From the NCBI GenBank assembly GCA_016933055.1, contig JAFGBS010000009.1, forward strand, positions 600,001-632,000: 32,000 bases of DNA. Direction: 5' to 3'. Position 1 is the first letter of the stretch, and each line of letters starts with the position of its first letter. The notes under the pieces are model-generated. The model was not told where the DNA came from. It was given only the letters and a program-made list of their open reading frames with translations, and did no database searches. A program made the translations under genes and the position numbers. Below are positions 16,258 to 25,286 of the stretch, in pieces. The DNA is from Promethearchaeota archaeon. Lineage in GTDB: Archaea; Asgardarchaeota; Lokiarchaeia; Sigyniarchaeales; Promethearchaeaceae.

Positions 16258-17565
16258 TTATTTCTTTTGTTTAGAAAATAATCGATCCAACCACTTTACC
16301 GTTCTATTCCAATATCTTAATAAGCGAGTTTCTCTTCTGCGACAGACATCCACTCCGTTTTTAAACACTTGAAATGGATTAAATAATAAATACAAGTCTT
16401 CTAAGGGATTTTCTCGGAACACAATAAAGTCTGCATATTTTCCGGGATTTAAAGAACCAATATTCTCCTCTTCTCCAAGAATAATCGCATTATTAATGGT
16501 TGCACATTGTATGGCTTCCATAGGAGTTAATCCATAAGTTTCATGAAGAAGTATTATTTCTTGAGCAAGTTTCCCATGTAAGACAAGGGGAATACCCGCA
16601 TCATCCCCTACCCCTATGATAATTCCTCGTTTTATCGCACGACGTAGACCGATTTCCACTTCCCTATCAATACGAATGGAATTCAAATATTCAATATGAG
16701 TTAGTTTTGCATCAGATAACGAATAAGCAAGACCTGAAGATAGGGTGGGTATCGTTCCAATGTTTTTTTCTTTCATTTTATTTAGTATATCCTCTGTATA
16801 ATCTGCACCATGCTCAATACTATCTATACCAGCTTCAACGCATCTTCGAGCTCCTTCTAATCCTTCTGCATGAGCCGTAACTCGTAAACCTGCTTTATGA
16901 GCGGTATTCACAATGGCTTTTAGTACTTCTATTGAAAAAAGAGGTTTACCCGCCTGTCCAAGTTCCTTAGCGCCTGTTACACCTCCAGTGGATAAAACTT
17001 TTATGCAATCCACTCCTTGTCTGACTAAATATTCCGTAATTTCCGTAGCTTCGGCAATTTCATCATTAATTTGAACGTCGAATACATCAATATGTTCCCC
17101 CCGTTTCGCAATAATCTTTCCAGATGTAAATAATCGGGGCCCTATTAACTCCCCTGACTTAATTTTGTCCCTTATTTCCAGAATATTGAAATATGCTTCC
17201 CCTAAACTGCGCACTGATGTGATTCCTTTTTTCAAACTTGCGTATGCATTATTTCGCATAGATTTTTGGATAAATCTTTGAAACCACGGTTGTTTTCGTA
17301 ACCATGCAAATAAAATCGGTCGATCCAAAAACTTTGGCATAGGAGTTCCTGATCCACTCAAGTGAACATGATTGTTAATAAGGCCGGGGATAACATACTG
17401 ACCTTTTAGATCAATTTCGGGGATGTGATCGGTGGCAGGAATCGGATCTTGCTGAATTTTTTGTATTTTTCCTTTGTTTACAACCATTGATACCCCGCAT
17501 TGGATCTCCCCTTTTTCAGGATCGACATAACTAAAATTAGAAAATATGCATTGAGAAGATTCCAT
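16258..17565 (-). CDS. Metal-dependent amidohydrolase (Xaa-Pro dipeptidase/imidazolonepropionase-like TIM barrel)
   Basis: PGLINNHVHL, DCIKV, AHAEG, IEHG, GDDAG, GSLNPGKYAD. Likely start ATG 17565. Confidence 0.9.
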   Translation of the reverse strand: MESSQCIFSNFSYVDPEKGEIQCGVSMVVNKGKIQKIQQDPIPATDHIPEIDLKGQYVIPGLINNHVHLSGSGTPMPKFLDRPILFAWLRKQPWFQRFIQKSMRNNAYASLKKGITSVRSLGEAYFNILEIRDKIKSGELIGPRLFTSGKIIAKRGEHIDVFDVQINDEIAEATEITEYLVRQGVDCIKVLSTGGVTGAKELGQAGKPLFSIEVLKAIVNTAHKAGLRVTAHAEGLEGARRCVEAGIDSIEHGADYTEDILNKMKEKNIGTIPTLSSGLAYSLSDAKLTHIEYLNSIRIDREVEIGLRRAIKRGIIIGVGDDAGIPLVLHGKLAQEIILLHETYGLTPMEAIQCATINNAIILGEEENIGSLNPGKYADFIVFRENPLEDLYLLFNPFQVFKNGVDVCRRRETRLLRYWNRTVKWLDRLFSKQKK

Positions 17566-17652
17566 TTTATTATCTCGGCGATCAATCGTTAAAAGCATTA
17601 GGTGAAAGAGAGCATTAAAACCATGACGCCTAAGTATTCACTCCCTCTTAAA

Positions 17653-17759
17653 ATAGGTCGAAAACCTATCGATTTGTCAAATCAATTAAATACTCTTTTG
17701 AGTATTTATACCGAAATACTAAGATCGAATCCGATAAATTCCAATTTATTATGACGTCA
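17653..17759. promoter_or_regulatory. Cluster of five dyad-symmetric elements upstream of the amidohydrolase-E1 operon
   Basis: ATAGGT-CGAAA-ACCTAT (17653-69), GATTTG-T-CAAATC (17671-83), TAAATACTC-TTTT-GAGTATTTA (17687-708), ATAAATT-CC-AATTTAT (17734-49) and TGACGTCA (17752-59). The dyads are seen directly; the regulatory role is inferred. Confidence 0.4.
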
Positions 17760-17896
17760 ACATCTATCCCGTGATATCTAAAAATTTTCCCTTAGGTGAA
17801 CAGAGGGTATAAAGGGTGAAGTTCTGTCTATTTGGAGTAAAATCAATATATACATACCTAATGCTACGCATTCGGCTTTTGTTTTAGAACACTTAC

Positions 17897-17938
17897 CCTC
17901 CCAAGAATCCGCACATACCTCCCAGGAACCCACACCTA
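17897..17938. repeat. Imperfect 2 x 21-bp tandem repeat
   Basis: CCTCCCAAGAATCCGCACATA / CCTCCCAGGAACCCACACCTA, 17 of 21 positions identical; GC-rich island in an AT-rich spacer. Confidence 0.8.
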
Positions 17939-18154
17939 GGACCGACCTCTTCTACATCTGATCGGTGTATTTAAACGAACCATAATATGTTATCAATCGT
18001 GTTACCTATCCATTCTAATGAAAAATCACAGTTTGATTCTGATTTATACATATCACGCTGCTTTATGATAGTTTTCAGTAAAATCGTTTATGTAATCGTT
18101 GGATAGGGCAGAATAGATGTTGACAGGTCAAAAAATAGAATATAGAGAAAAAAA

Positions 18155-19447
18155 TTATTGTTTTCGATCCAATTTGAGTTTCTTTATTAACAATATCCCT
18201 GGAATCAACGACAGTACTAACGCAATTGCACTTAATTGCATTGCAACGGGATATCTTATACCAGCACCAATCAATTGAGCAATAATTAATGTACCGATGG
18301 ATAGCTGTCCTAAATTAGACATCGAATTGTACCAATTGTACATCGTACCTGTAAGACTACCACGAGAGACTTTAGCAGAATATTCCATGGAAATTCGCAT
18401 TTGAGAAGTTTCATATCCTCCGTTTATTGCACCTAATAGTAATACAAGTAAATATAGTACTGTTGGAAACGACAATTCTGGGGCACCTAATGCTTCAAAG
18501 TCGATCCAAAGGAAAGACAAAATAAATCCGGTATAAACTATAGCATTGATTACAAATACCCACAATAAATTCAATTTCTGACCTAATCCCCCAATACTCA
18601 AGGCTCCAATCAGTTGTCCAACGGAAAAGAAAACCAACCCCCATCCAATAGTACCAACTCCAGCTGTTTCAATATCTAAGTCTAAAACTTCACTCATAAA
18701 CGTAACCATAACAGATACAAGAGCTATCCCCATACCACTGATAAAATCGAATAAAGTAACATGCCACGTAACACCTTTACGAAATTCTCTTCCAAAATCA
18801 GCTAAGTATACTTTCGGAATATTATCTGCTTCCTTTATTAAAAGTGCGGACATGATTCCGACGACTGCAAATATTCCTATTATAAGATAAGAATATCTCC
18901 ATCCTAGTTGATTACCCCATACTCCTAAAAACACACCAGATAGAATCGCCCCCCCACCTCTTGCACCCCATGCGACTCCTTGCATCCAACCACGTCGGTT
19001 AGGGGGTGTAACATCAACTCCTAGTGAGTCTAATACGGTATCTCCTAATGCTACACTTCCAGTTACAAACATTCCAATTAATATTATGCTCCAGTGAGGA
19101 CTTGTGTACATAGGAAGACTGATCCAACCAATGATTCCGATTAAACCCGCAATTAAAATATAAGGCTTTCGACGACCGAATTTTCCGACTTTAACAGTGT
19201 CAGAAAGTATACCAAATACAATTTTAATCAACCACGGAATAAATATGATACTTTGAATAGTTAGAGCCTCATCCTCAAGGTAACCCAGAGTTTGTAAAAA
19301 TGGTGCAATTAATAGAATAGCGGCAAAAGCAGCACCTTGGGAAAAATAAAACAAAAATTGAACAAATAGATACCAATCTTTCCAGGTAGAAAAATCCAAA
19401 TCTTCCTTTAAGTCATCTGGTATCTGTTTTTCCATAAAATCTGACAT
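18155..19447 (-). CDS. Major facilitator superfamily transporter (AmpG/BT1-like)
   Basis: About 12 TMs; PWLIKIVFGILSD...GRRKPY and DTVLDSLGVDV...RRGWMQG motifs. Confidence 0.9.
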   Translation of the reverse strand: MSDFMEKQIPDDLKEDLDFSTWKDWYLFVQFLFYFSQGAAFAAILLIAPFLQTLGYLEDEALTIQSIIFIPWLIKIVFGILSDTVKVGKFGRRKPYILIAGLIGIIGWISLPMYTSPHWSIILIGMFVTGSVALGDTVLDSLGVDVTPPNRRGWMQGVAWGARGGGAILSGVFLGVWGNQLGWRYSYLIIGIFAVVGIMSALLIKEADNIPKVYLADFGREFRKGVTWHVTLFDFISGMGIALVSVMVTFMSEVLDLDIETAGVGTIGWGLVFFSVGQLIGALSIGGLGQKLNLLWVFVINAIVYTGFILSFLWIDFEALGAPELSFPTVLYLLVLLLGAINGGYETSQMRISMEYSAKVSRGSLTGTMYNWYNSMSNLGQLSIGTLIIAQLIGAGIRYPVAMQLSAIALVLSLIPGILLIKKLKLDRKQ

Positions 19448-19561
19448 GATAGATTTTTGTTATTCTCCCAGAATTTAATTTTTTAGATTACTTCAAGAAA
19501 TAATTGTTCGTTCCATCTGTTCACAAGTAAAATTGAATTATGTTCTCACCCATTAACCTAT

Positions 19562-20509
19562 ATGGAGATGAAATTTAGTATCCAAAATCTACAACCTCTA
19601 ACTAAAGATATTTTGGATAATGTTTACAAGTTGTATCAAGATAATGAACAGTTCTTCAGAATTACAAAAAGTGATTTTGAAAACCAGACTTTAGGAGATA
19701 CTTCTTTCAATCCTGAATTCTCACTCGTTTTGTATCCCAAGAAATCAGATAAACCAATAGCAGTTTTAGTGGGAGTTGTAAAAAAAGGATATATCAAAAA
19801 AAATCTAATAGTTAAAGTCTTTTTGGTCGATAGGGAATACAGACGTAAAGGTATCGGAACATGGATGTTTAAAGAGCTATTAAAAAGAGCTAGACAAAGT
19901 CTGAACATATTTTCATCTGTAACCTATGGATTCTCTCCTCCCCAATTTCTCCAACCAGGGGTAGATGTACGTCATACTTCTCTTCTTTTCTTCCTCCAAT
20001 CCATGGGATTAAAACGTAAGAAGTCCAGAAACAATTTGACGGTTCATATATCCAAGGATTTAACAGAACCCAAAACCTACAAATATGGATTCACTTTACA
20101 GAGAATTACACCGGAATTCTTTTCATCCACTTTAGAATTTGTGAAAAAAGGATTTTTTGCACCAACTTGGTCAGCGGAAGTAGAATTAACTTTCAATTTT
20201 GAAAAACCTACTACATTCATCGCCTTAGATGAGAATAAGAATGTAGTTGGATTCGCATCCCATAGCACATGTTTTTTCAGCTCGTTTGGTCCCACAGGTG
20301 TGTTGAAATCTCTTCGTGGGAAAGGTATTGGTGGAGAATTACTAAAATGGTGCCTTTGGGATATTAAAAACCAAGGATATGATACAAGCACGATCATGTA
20401 CGTTGTTGGTAATACTGTAGCATATTATTCAAAAACAGTTGGGGCTTTCATTCATCCCGTTCACATTCCTATGAGAGCAAGCATCCTCAAATGGAGAAAT
20501 TTGTATTGA
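19562..20509 (+). CDS. Tandem GNAT-family N-acetyltransferase
   Basis: Two acetyl-CoA motif A copies: VDREYRRKGIGT and GVLKSLRGKGIGG. Confidence 0.85.
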   Translation: MEMKFSIQNLQPLTKDILDNVYKLYQDNEQFFRITKSDFENQTLGDTSFNPEFSLVLYPKKSDKPIAVLVGVVKKGYIKKNLIVKVFLVDREYRRKGIGTWMFKELLKRARQSLNIFSSVTYGFSPPQFLQPGVDVRHTSLLFFLQSMGLKRKKSRNNLTVHISKDLTEPKTYKYGFTLQRITPEFFSSTLEFVKKGFFAPTWSAEVELTFNFEKPTTFIALDENKNVVGFASHSTCFFSSFGPTGVLKSLRGKGIGGELLKWCLWDIKNQGYDTSTIMYVVGNTVAYYSKTVGAFIHPVHIPMRASILKWRNLY

Positions 20510-20583
20510 CTTTTGAAATTGCTGAATATATTTAGGAGTCAACAATTGTCCAATTAATAACTACTATCAGGCGTTAGTAGATA

Positions 20584-23424
20584 ATGGCATTCTATAATTT
20601 AGAATTAGAAGAAATTTTTCATCGATTGAAGACGAATCCAAAAAATGGTTTGTCAAAACTAGAAGCTGAAGATCGCCTTATGCATGATGGTTATAATGAA
20701 TTACCAAAGCACAATCCAAAATTCTGGAAAGTGTATCTTGCTCCATTATTCAATTGGCTGATTGTGATTTACCTTATTGGAGCCATAATTTTGTTTATCT
20801 CGGGTTGGATCCAACCAGAAGAAAAAACTAGTTCGACTCTTTTATATTTTACATTAGCCGTGGTAGCCCTTAATTGCATAATCGCGGTTATCCAGCAATA
20901 TCGCGCAACCAAAAAATTAGAAGCACTAGAATTTCTTTCTGCCCCCACGGCGAAAGTTTTAAGAGAAGGTAATTTAAAGGTAATTTCCGCCAGAAAAATC
21001 GTGGTAGGAGATATCATCAATTTGGAACAAGGAGATAGGATTCCTGCAGATTGTAGAATTATCCAATCAGCAAATCTAGAAGTAGATGAATCACCTCTAA
21101 CGGGGGAAAGTAAAACTGTTTCAAAATCAGAAAATATACTAAACGGAGAAGCAATTCCGATTCAATCACAATCGAATATTATTTTTCTGGGCACATATAT
21201 AATATTAGGTCACGCTAAAGCCCTTGTAATTCGCACGGGTATATACAATGAGATAGGAAAAATATCGAAAGGTTTAGAATCTATTAATACGCGAGAAATC
21301 CAAATCCAGAAAACAATGAATAATTTTGGCAAATGGCTTGGTCTAATTGTAGGTGGTTTATGGGTTGTAACTTTAGTAATCATATGGACTACAACTGGTA
21401 AATTAAATATTTTCAAAAGTTTGAATTCAGCTATGGATATAATGCCAATCAATATTCCTCTTTTATCCACAATTATCCTCATAACGGGAGTTCTCACAAT
21501 GGCAACACGGGGTGTAATAATCCGTAATTTAACATCTGTTGATAGTTTAGGAAGAATAAGTGTGCTATGCGCTGATAAGACGGGTACGATTACTGAAGGA
21601 AAAATGATGATTCAATATGTTGTTACTCCTACTTCAACATTTTTTGTGACTGGAACGGGTTACAATCCTGCTGGCTCTATTTTCCTGCAGAAAGAAAATA
21701 AAAAACCCGAAAAAATAACCACATTAGAATCATTCCCTCAATTTCAACAGATCTTATTAGCCTCCAAATTAAATAGCAACGCTACTTTGGATAAAAAAGA
21801 ACAACGAATAAGAAAAACTATATTTGAACGTTGGGAGGTATTGGGATCACCCACGGAAGGTGCTATAACTACATTATATGAAAAAGTAGGCGGATTGCTT
21901 AATTCTAATATTTTAGAAGAATTTTCCTTCATAAAGGAATTTCCATTTGATCCTTCTATCAAACTCATGTCTAAATTATATAAATTGGATTCAGAATTCG
22001 TTCTATTTACAAAAGGTGCACCTGAAAAAATTATTAATCTTAGCTTATCAATATCACAAAGAGGAAATGTATCCACATTTTCGAACAATGGGAAAAAGGC
22101 AATCTTAAAACAAATCAATAAATATGCTGAGCGGGGATACCGCATACTCAGCATAGCTCAAAGAAGTTTTGATTATGAACCGGTTACGACATCACGTGAG
22201 GATATAGAAGCTAATTTAATATATCTTGGGTCTTTTATGATTTCGGATGTACCAAGGGAGGGAGTGAAAGAATCTATCCAAGTGAGTAGAAACGCAGGGA
22301 TCGATATAAAGATGATAACGGGTGATTCATTAGTTACCGCCAAATCAATTGCAAACCAGATTGGATTATCAATATCAAACTGCGATGGAATCGACATGCA
22401 AACCGATTCACCCTTAGACATCCAGCAATATAATGTATTTGCTCGAGTTTCTCCTTTTGATAAACATATGATTGTCACAAAATTGCAGGAGAATGCACGC
22501 ATCGTAGCGATGACAGGGGATGGTGTGAATGACGCGCTTGCTCTAAGTATTGCTGATGTTGGCATAGCTATGGGAATAAGAGGTACGGATGTGGCAAAAG
22601 AAGCGGCTGATATGATAATCGCAAATGATTCTTTCAATTCCATTATACATGGGATAGCAGAGGGTCGAGGGATTTTTGCGCGTATCCGAGCGGTTGTATT
22701 TTTTTATGTTGCAATTAATATATTCGAAGGATTAGTCCAATTTGTTTTAACCATTGTACTCGATTTACCCTATTTCTTAGATACGAATTTTTACTTGCAA
22801 TGGATATTTTTGTCCATTACTCTTCACACCATACCCGGATTGATTTTGACCTTTGATATTGAAAATAAAGACGTAATGCAGGAAAAACCAAGAGATTCTG
22901 AAGAAATATTATCGAAAAATATCACCATCTTGATGCTGAGCTATGGGTTTTTACTTGCAATTAGCATCTGCTTGGTTTATTTTCTATCTATAACTCGCAC
23001 TATTCCCATTAACGCATTCAATATAGGAAGTCAATATTTTCCCTATTTTAATCAAAATATCGAGTTACAATTTCAAGGGAAAACCCTCACAATGCTTATG
23101 GTAGTTCTGTATTTTTGTGAATCAATCCTTGTTTTCCAAATTCGCAGAATAAATAAATCGATTATTAGGACCTTGAAAGAGGATAGTAAATTGTGGATGT
23201 ACATGTTGATTGGTGTGCTTTTTGCGATCTTTCTTTCATTGATGTACATTCCAAGGTTACAGATCTCGCTGGCGGAATTAAAAATAGGAGATTTAAGCCT
23301 TAATTTTAGGTTTATGCGATTAAACGGGTGGGATTGGTTAATATGCGCTGGAATCGCATGCATCAGTGTTATGGGATTCGAGATTGCGAAATATTTATTT
23401 CGAAAAAAAGGAATTATCTTTTAA
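20584..23424 (+). CDS. P-type ATPase, P2A-like scaffold with non-canonical ion-binding sites
   Basis: DESPLTGES, DKTGT (D331), KGAPE, MITGD, FARVSP, TGDGVNDA; about 10 TMs. TM4 reads MPINIP instead of IPEGLP. Confidence 0.95.
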   Translation: MAFYNLELEEIFHRLKTNPKNGLSKLEAEDRLMHDGYNELPKHNPKFWKVYLAPLFNWLIVIYLIGAIILFISGWIQPEEKTSSTLLYFTLAVVALNCIIAVIQQYRATKKLEALEFLSAPTAKVLREGNLKVISARKIVVGDIINLEQGDRIPADCRIIQSANLEVDESPLTGESKTVSKSENILNGEAIPIQSQSNIIFLGTYIILGHAKALVIRTGIYNEIGKISKGLESINTREIQIQKTMNNFGKWLGLIVGGLWVVTLVIIWTTTGKLNIFKSLNSAMDIMPINIPLLSTIILITGVLTMATRGVIIRNLTSVDSLGRISVLCADKTGTITEGKMMIQYVVTPTSTFFVTGTGYNPAGSIFLQKENKKPEKITTLESFPQFQQILLASKLNSNATLDKKEQRIRKTIFERWEVLGSPTEGAITTLYEKVGGLLNSNILEEFSFIKEFPFDPSIKLMSKLYKLDSEFVLFTKGAPEKIINLSLSISQRGNVSTFSNNGKKAILKQINKYAERGYRILSIAQRSFDYEPVTTSREDIEANLIYLGSFMISDVPREGVKESIQVSRNAGIDIKMITGDSLVTAKSIANQIGLSISNCDGIDMQTDSPLDIQQYNVFARVSPFDKHMIVTKLQENARIVAMTGDGVNDALALSIADVGIAMGIRGTDVAKEAADMIIANDSFNSIIHGIAEGRGIFARIRAVVFFYVAINIFEGLVQFVLTIVLDLPYFLDTNFYLQWIFLSITLHTIPGLILTFDIENKDVMQEKPRDSEEILSKNITILMLSYGFLLAISICLVYFLSITRTIPINAFNIGSQYFPYFNQNIELQFQGKTLTMLMVVLYFCESILVFQIRRINKSIIRTLKEDSKLWMYMLIGVLFAIFLSLMYIPRLQISLAELKIGDLSLNFRFMRLNGWDWLICAGIACISVMGFEIAKYLFRKKGIIF

Positions 23425-23833
23425 ATTTTAAATCCACTGCTTTATTTGCAAGTTCATCAGCTTGAGAATTTTTTTCCCGCTTAATATGAGTGAAGGTCAC
23501 CTTTTCGAAGCCCGACGATAATGAACGAACATTTTCCATGAGTAATTTCAATTCGTGATTTTTCACAGAATATATTCCGCTCATCTGCTTCACTAACAGT
23601 TCAGAATCACTATACACATGAACAACACCACGACAAATCTTCAAACATTTAGATAGCCCTATGAGTAAAGCACCATATTCTGCTTGATTGTTTGTATAGT
23701 TATTTCCTAAAAATTTATATCCAGTTTCAATGATAACTCCATTCATATCGGTAATAACAAATCCTGCCCCAGCTGGTCCGGGATTACCTCTTGCACATCC
23801 ATCTGTGTACAATTTTATTTCTTTTTTATTCAT
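23414..23833 (-). CDS. rnhA: Ribonuclease HI family protein
   Basis: YTDGCARGNPGPAGAG, TNNQAEY, SDSELLVKQM, HIKREKNSQADELAN. Start ATG 23833, 13 nt after the asnS stop. Confidence 0.92.
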   Translation of the reverse strand: MNKKEIKLYTDGCARGNPGPAGAGFVITDMNGVIIETGYKFLGNNYTNNQAEYGALLIGLSKCLKICRGVVHVYSDSELLVKQMSGIYSVKNHELKLLMENVRSLSSGFEKVTFTHIKREKNSQADELANKAVDLKFKR

Positions 23834-23846
23834 AGGGATCAGATCT

Positions 23847-25142
23847 TTATGGTGTTTTTCGTAACATAGTTCGGGGAAACGGGATTGCATCTTTTATGCT
23901 ATCGATCCCGCATATCCATGATACTACGCGTTCCAATCCAACTCCGTAACCAGAATGAGGAACAGAACCATATTTCCGTAAATCAAAATACCAATCGTAA
24001 TTTTGGGGATCTTCTCCCTCAGCTTTCAGACGTTCCATCATGTTATCCACTAATAAACTCCGTTCGGATCCACCAACAATTTCACAATATCCTTCAGGTG
24101 CTAACATGTCAAAGCATAAAGCTTCTTTAGGATTTTCTGGACTAGGTGGTTTATAAAATCCCATAATATCAGTGGGATAATGCGTAACCACAACAGGACA
24201 TTGAAAATGTTCAGCGATTTTTGCTTCTTCTAAGGTGCGTAAATCTTTTCCCCAAGGTACATCCATCACATATTCTTCATTCAACAGTTTTAAAGCGTCT
24301 GCGTACTTAATAGTTGGATACTTAACTTTTGCATATTTCTCGAGCAGCTTGATATCCCTTTCCAAGATTTCCAAGTCTTGTTTATTATCTCGAAGCACTC
24401 TTTTTAGTATGAACCTAATTTCGTCTTTTGCTAGTTGTACTGCTCCATCTAACTTCATCCATGCTGCTTCCATTTCACACATCCAGAATTCTGTGAGATG
24501 ACGAGATGTTTTTGACTTTTCAGCCCGAAATGTAGGTCCTACATTATATATTTTTCCTAGGGCGAAGATCCCTGCCTCTGCATACAATTGCCAGGATTGG
24601 GATAAATAGACTTTGTCTTTAAAATATTTTACTTCAAACAATGTAGCTCCCCCTTCACTCATACTGGGTTGGAATACCGGAGCATCGAATTCATAAAATC
24701 CTCTTTTTCGGAAGAAGTCGTGGATTGCACCTACAACAGTATGGCGAATTTTGAGAATCGCAGTCATTCTCCGAGATCTCAGCCATAAATGTCGATTATC
24801 AAGTAAAAATTCAGTAGATTGATCTTGGGTAATCGGAAATGGTTCTGCTATTTGAAAGATGTTTAATTCCTTTACCTGAATCTCATAACCTGTAGGAGCA
24901 CGTTCATCCTCTTTTATCACCCCAGACAATTCAATTGAAGATTCTATCGTTAACTTTACTGCCTCTTCATATATCTCTGGACTTTTTTCTTTCTTAATCA
25001 CACATTGGATGATATCCGATTCATCTCGGACAACAATAAATACGAATTTATTAGAAGCCCTCTGCCTATAGACCCATCCTCTGATGTGTACATCTCCAGT
25101 TCCTTTTTTCATGGCATCCTTGATTGTGATAAACTTTTTCAT
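23847..25142 (-). CDS. asnS: Asparagine--tRNA ligase (archaeal type)
   Basis: OB-fold IRGWV, RHLWLRS, YLSQSWQLY, motif 2 FRAEKSKTSRHLTEFW, motif 3 PHSGYGVGLER. Confidence 0.92.
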   Translation of the reverse strand: MKKFITIKDAMKKGTGDVHIRGWVYRQRASNKFVFIVVRDESDIIQCVIKKEKSPEIYEEAVKLTIESSIELSGVIKEDERAPTGYEIQVKELNIFQIAEPFPITQDQSTEFLLDNRHLWLRSRRMTAILKIRHTVVGAIHDFFRKRGFYEFDAPVFQPSMSEGGATLFEVKYFKDKVYLSQSWQLYAEAGIFALGKIYNVGPTFRAEKSKTSRHLTEFWMCEMEAAWMKLDGAVQLAKDEIRFILKRVLRDNKQDLEILERDIKLLEKYAKVKYPTIKYADALKLLNEEYVMDVPWGKDLRTLEEAKIAEHFQCPVVVTHYPTDIMGFYKPPSPENPKEALCFDMLAPEGYCEIVGGSERSLLVDNMMERLKAEGEDPQNYDWYFDLRKYGSVPHSGYGVGLERVVSWICGIDSIKDAIPFPRTMLRKTP

Positions 25143-25286
25143 CAAAAAGAAGAATTATGGAAAATTAATAAGATTGTCGTTGATGGGTTTCCTACAGCTG
25201 ATCAGTTTACAGAAAAATAGAAAAAATAAATTGTATAAGTGAGACTATAATCCAATTAGTAGTAAATTTAGATTCGGAGAGAAATT

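Noticed and set aside
17861-17974. Plus-strand frame MLRIRLLF-TAG-NTYPPKNPHIPPRNPHL... as pyrrolysine read-through
   Set aside because: The repeat differences are partly non-synonymous in this frame and no pyl genes are in the window.
17969-17975. U-UUA-AAU slippery heptamer after ATG 17983 as a route into the CGFLGG frame
   Set aside because: A -1 shift leads to a frame that stops within a few codons; the CGFLGG frame needs +1.
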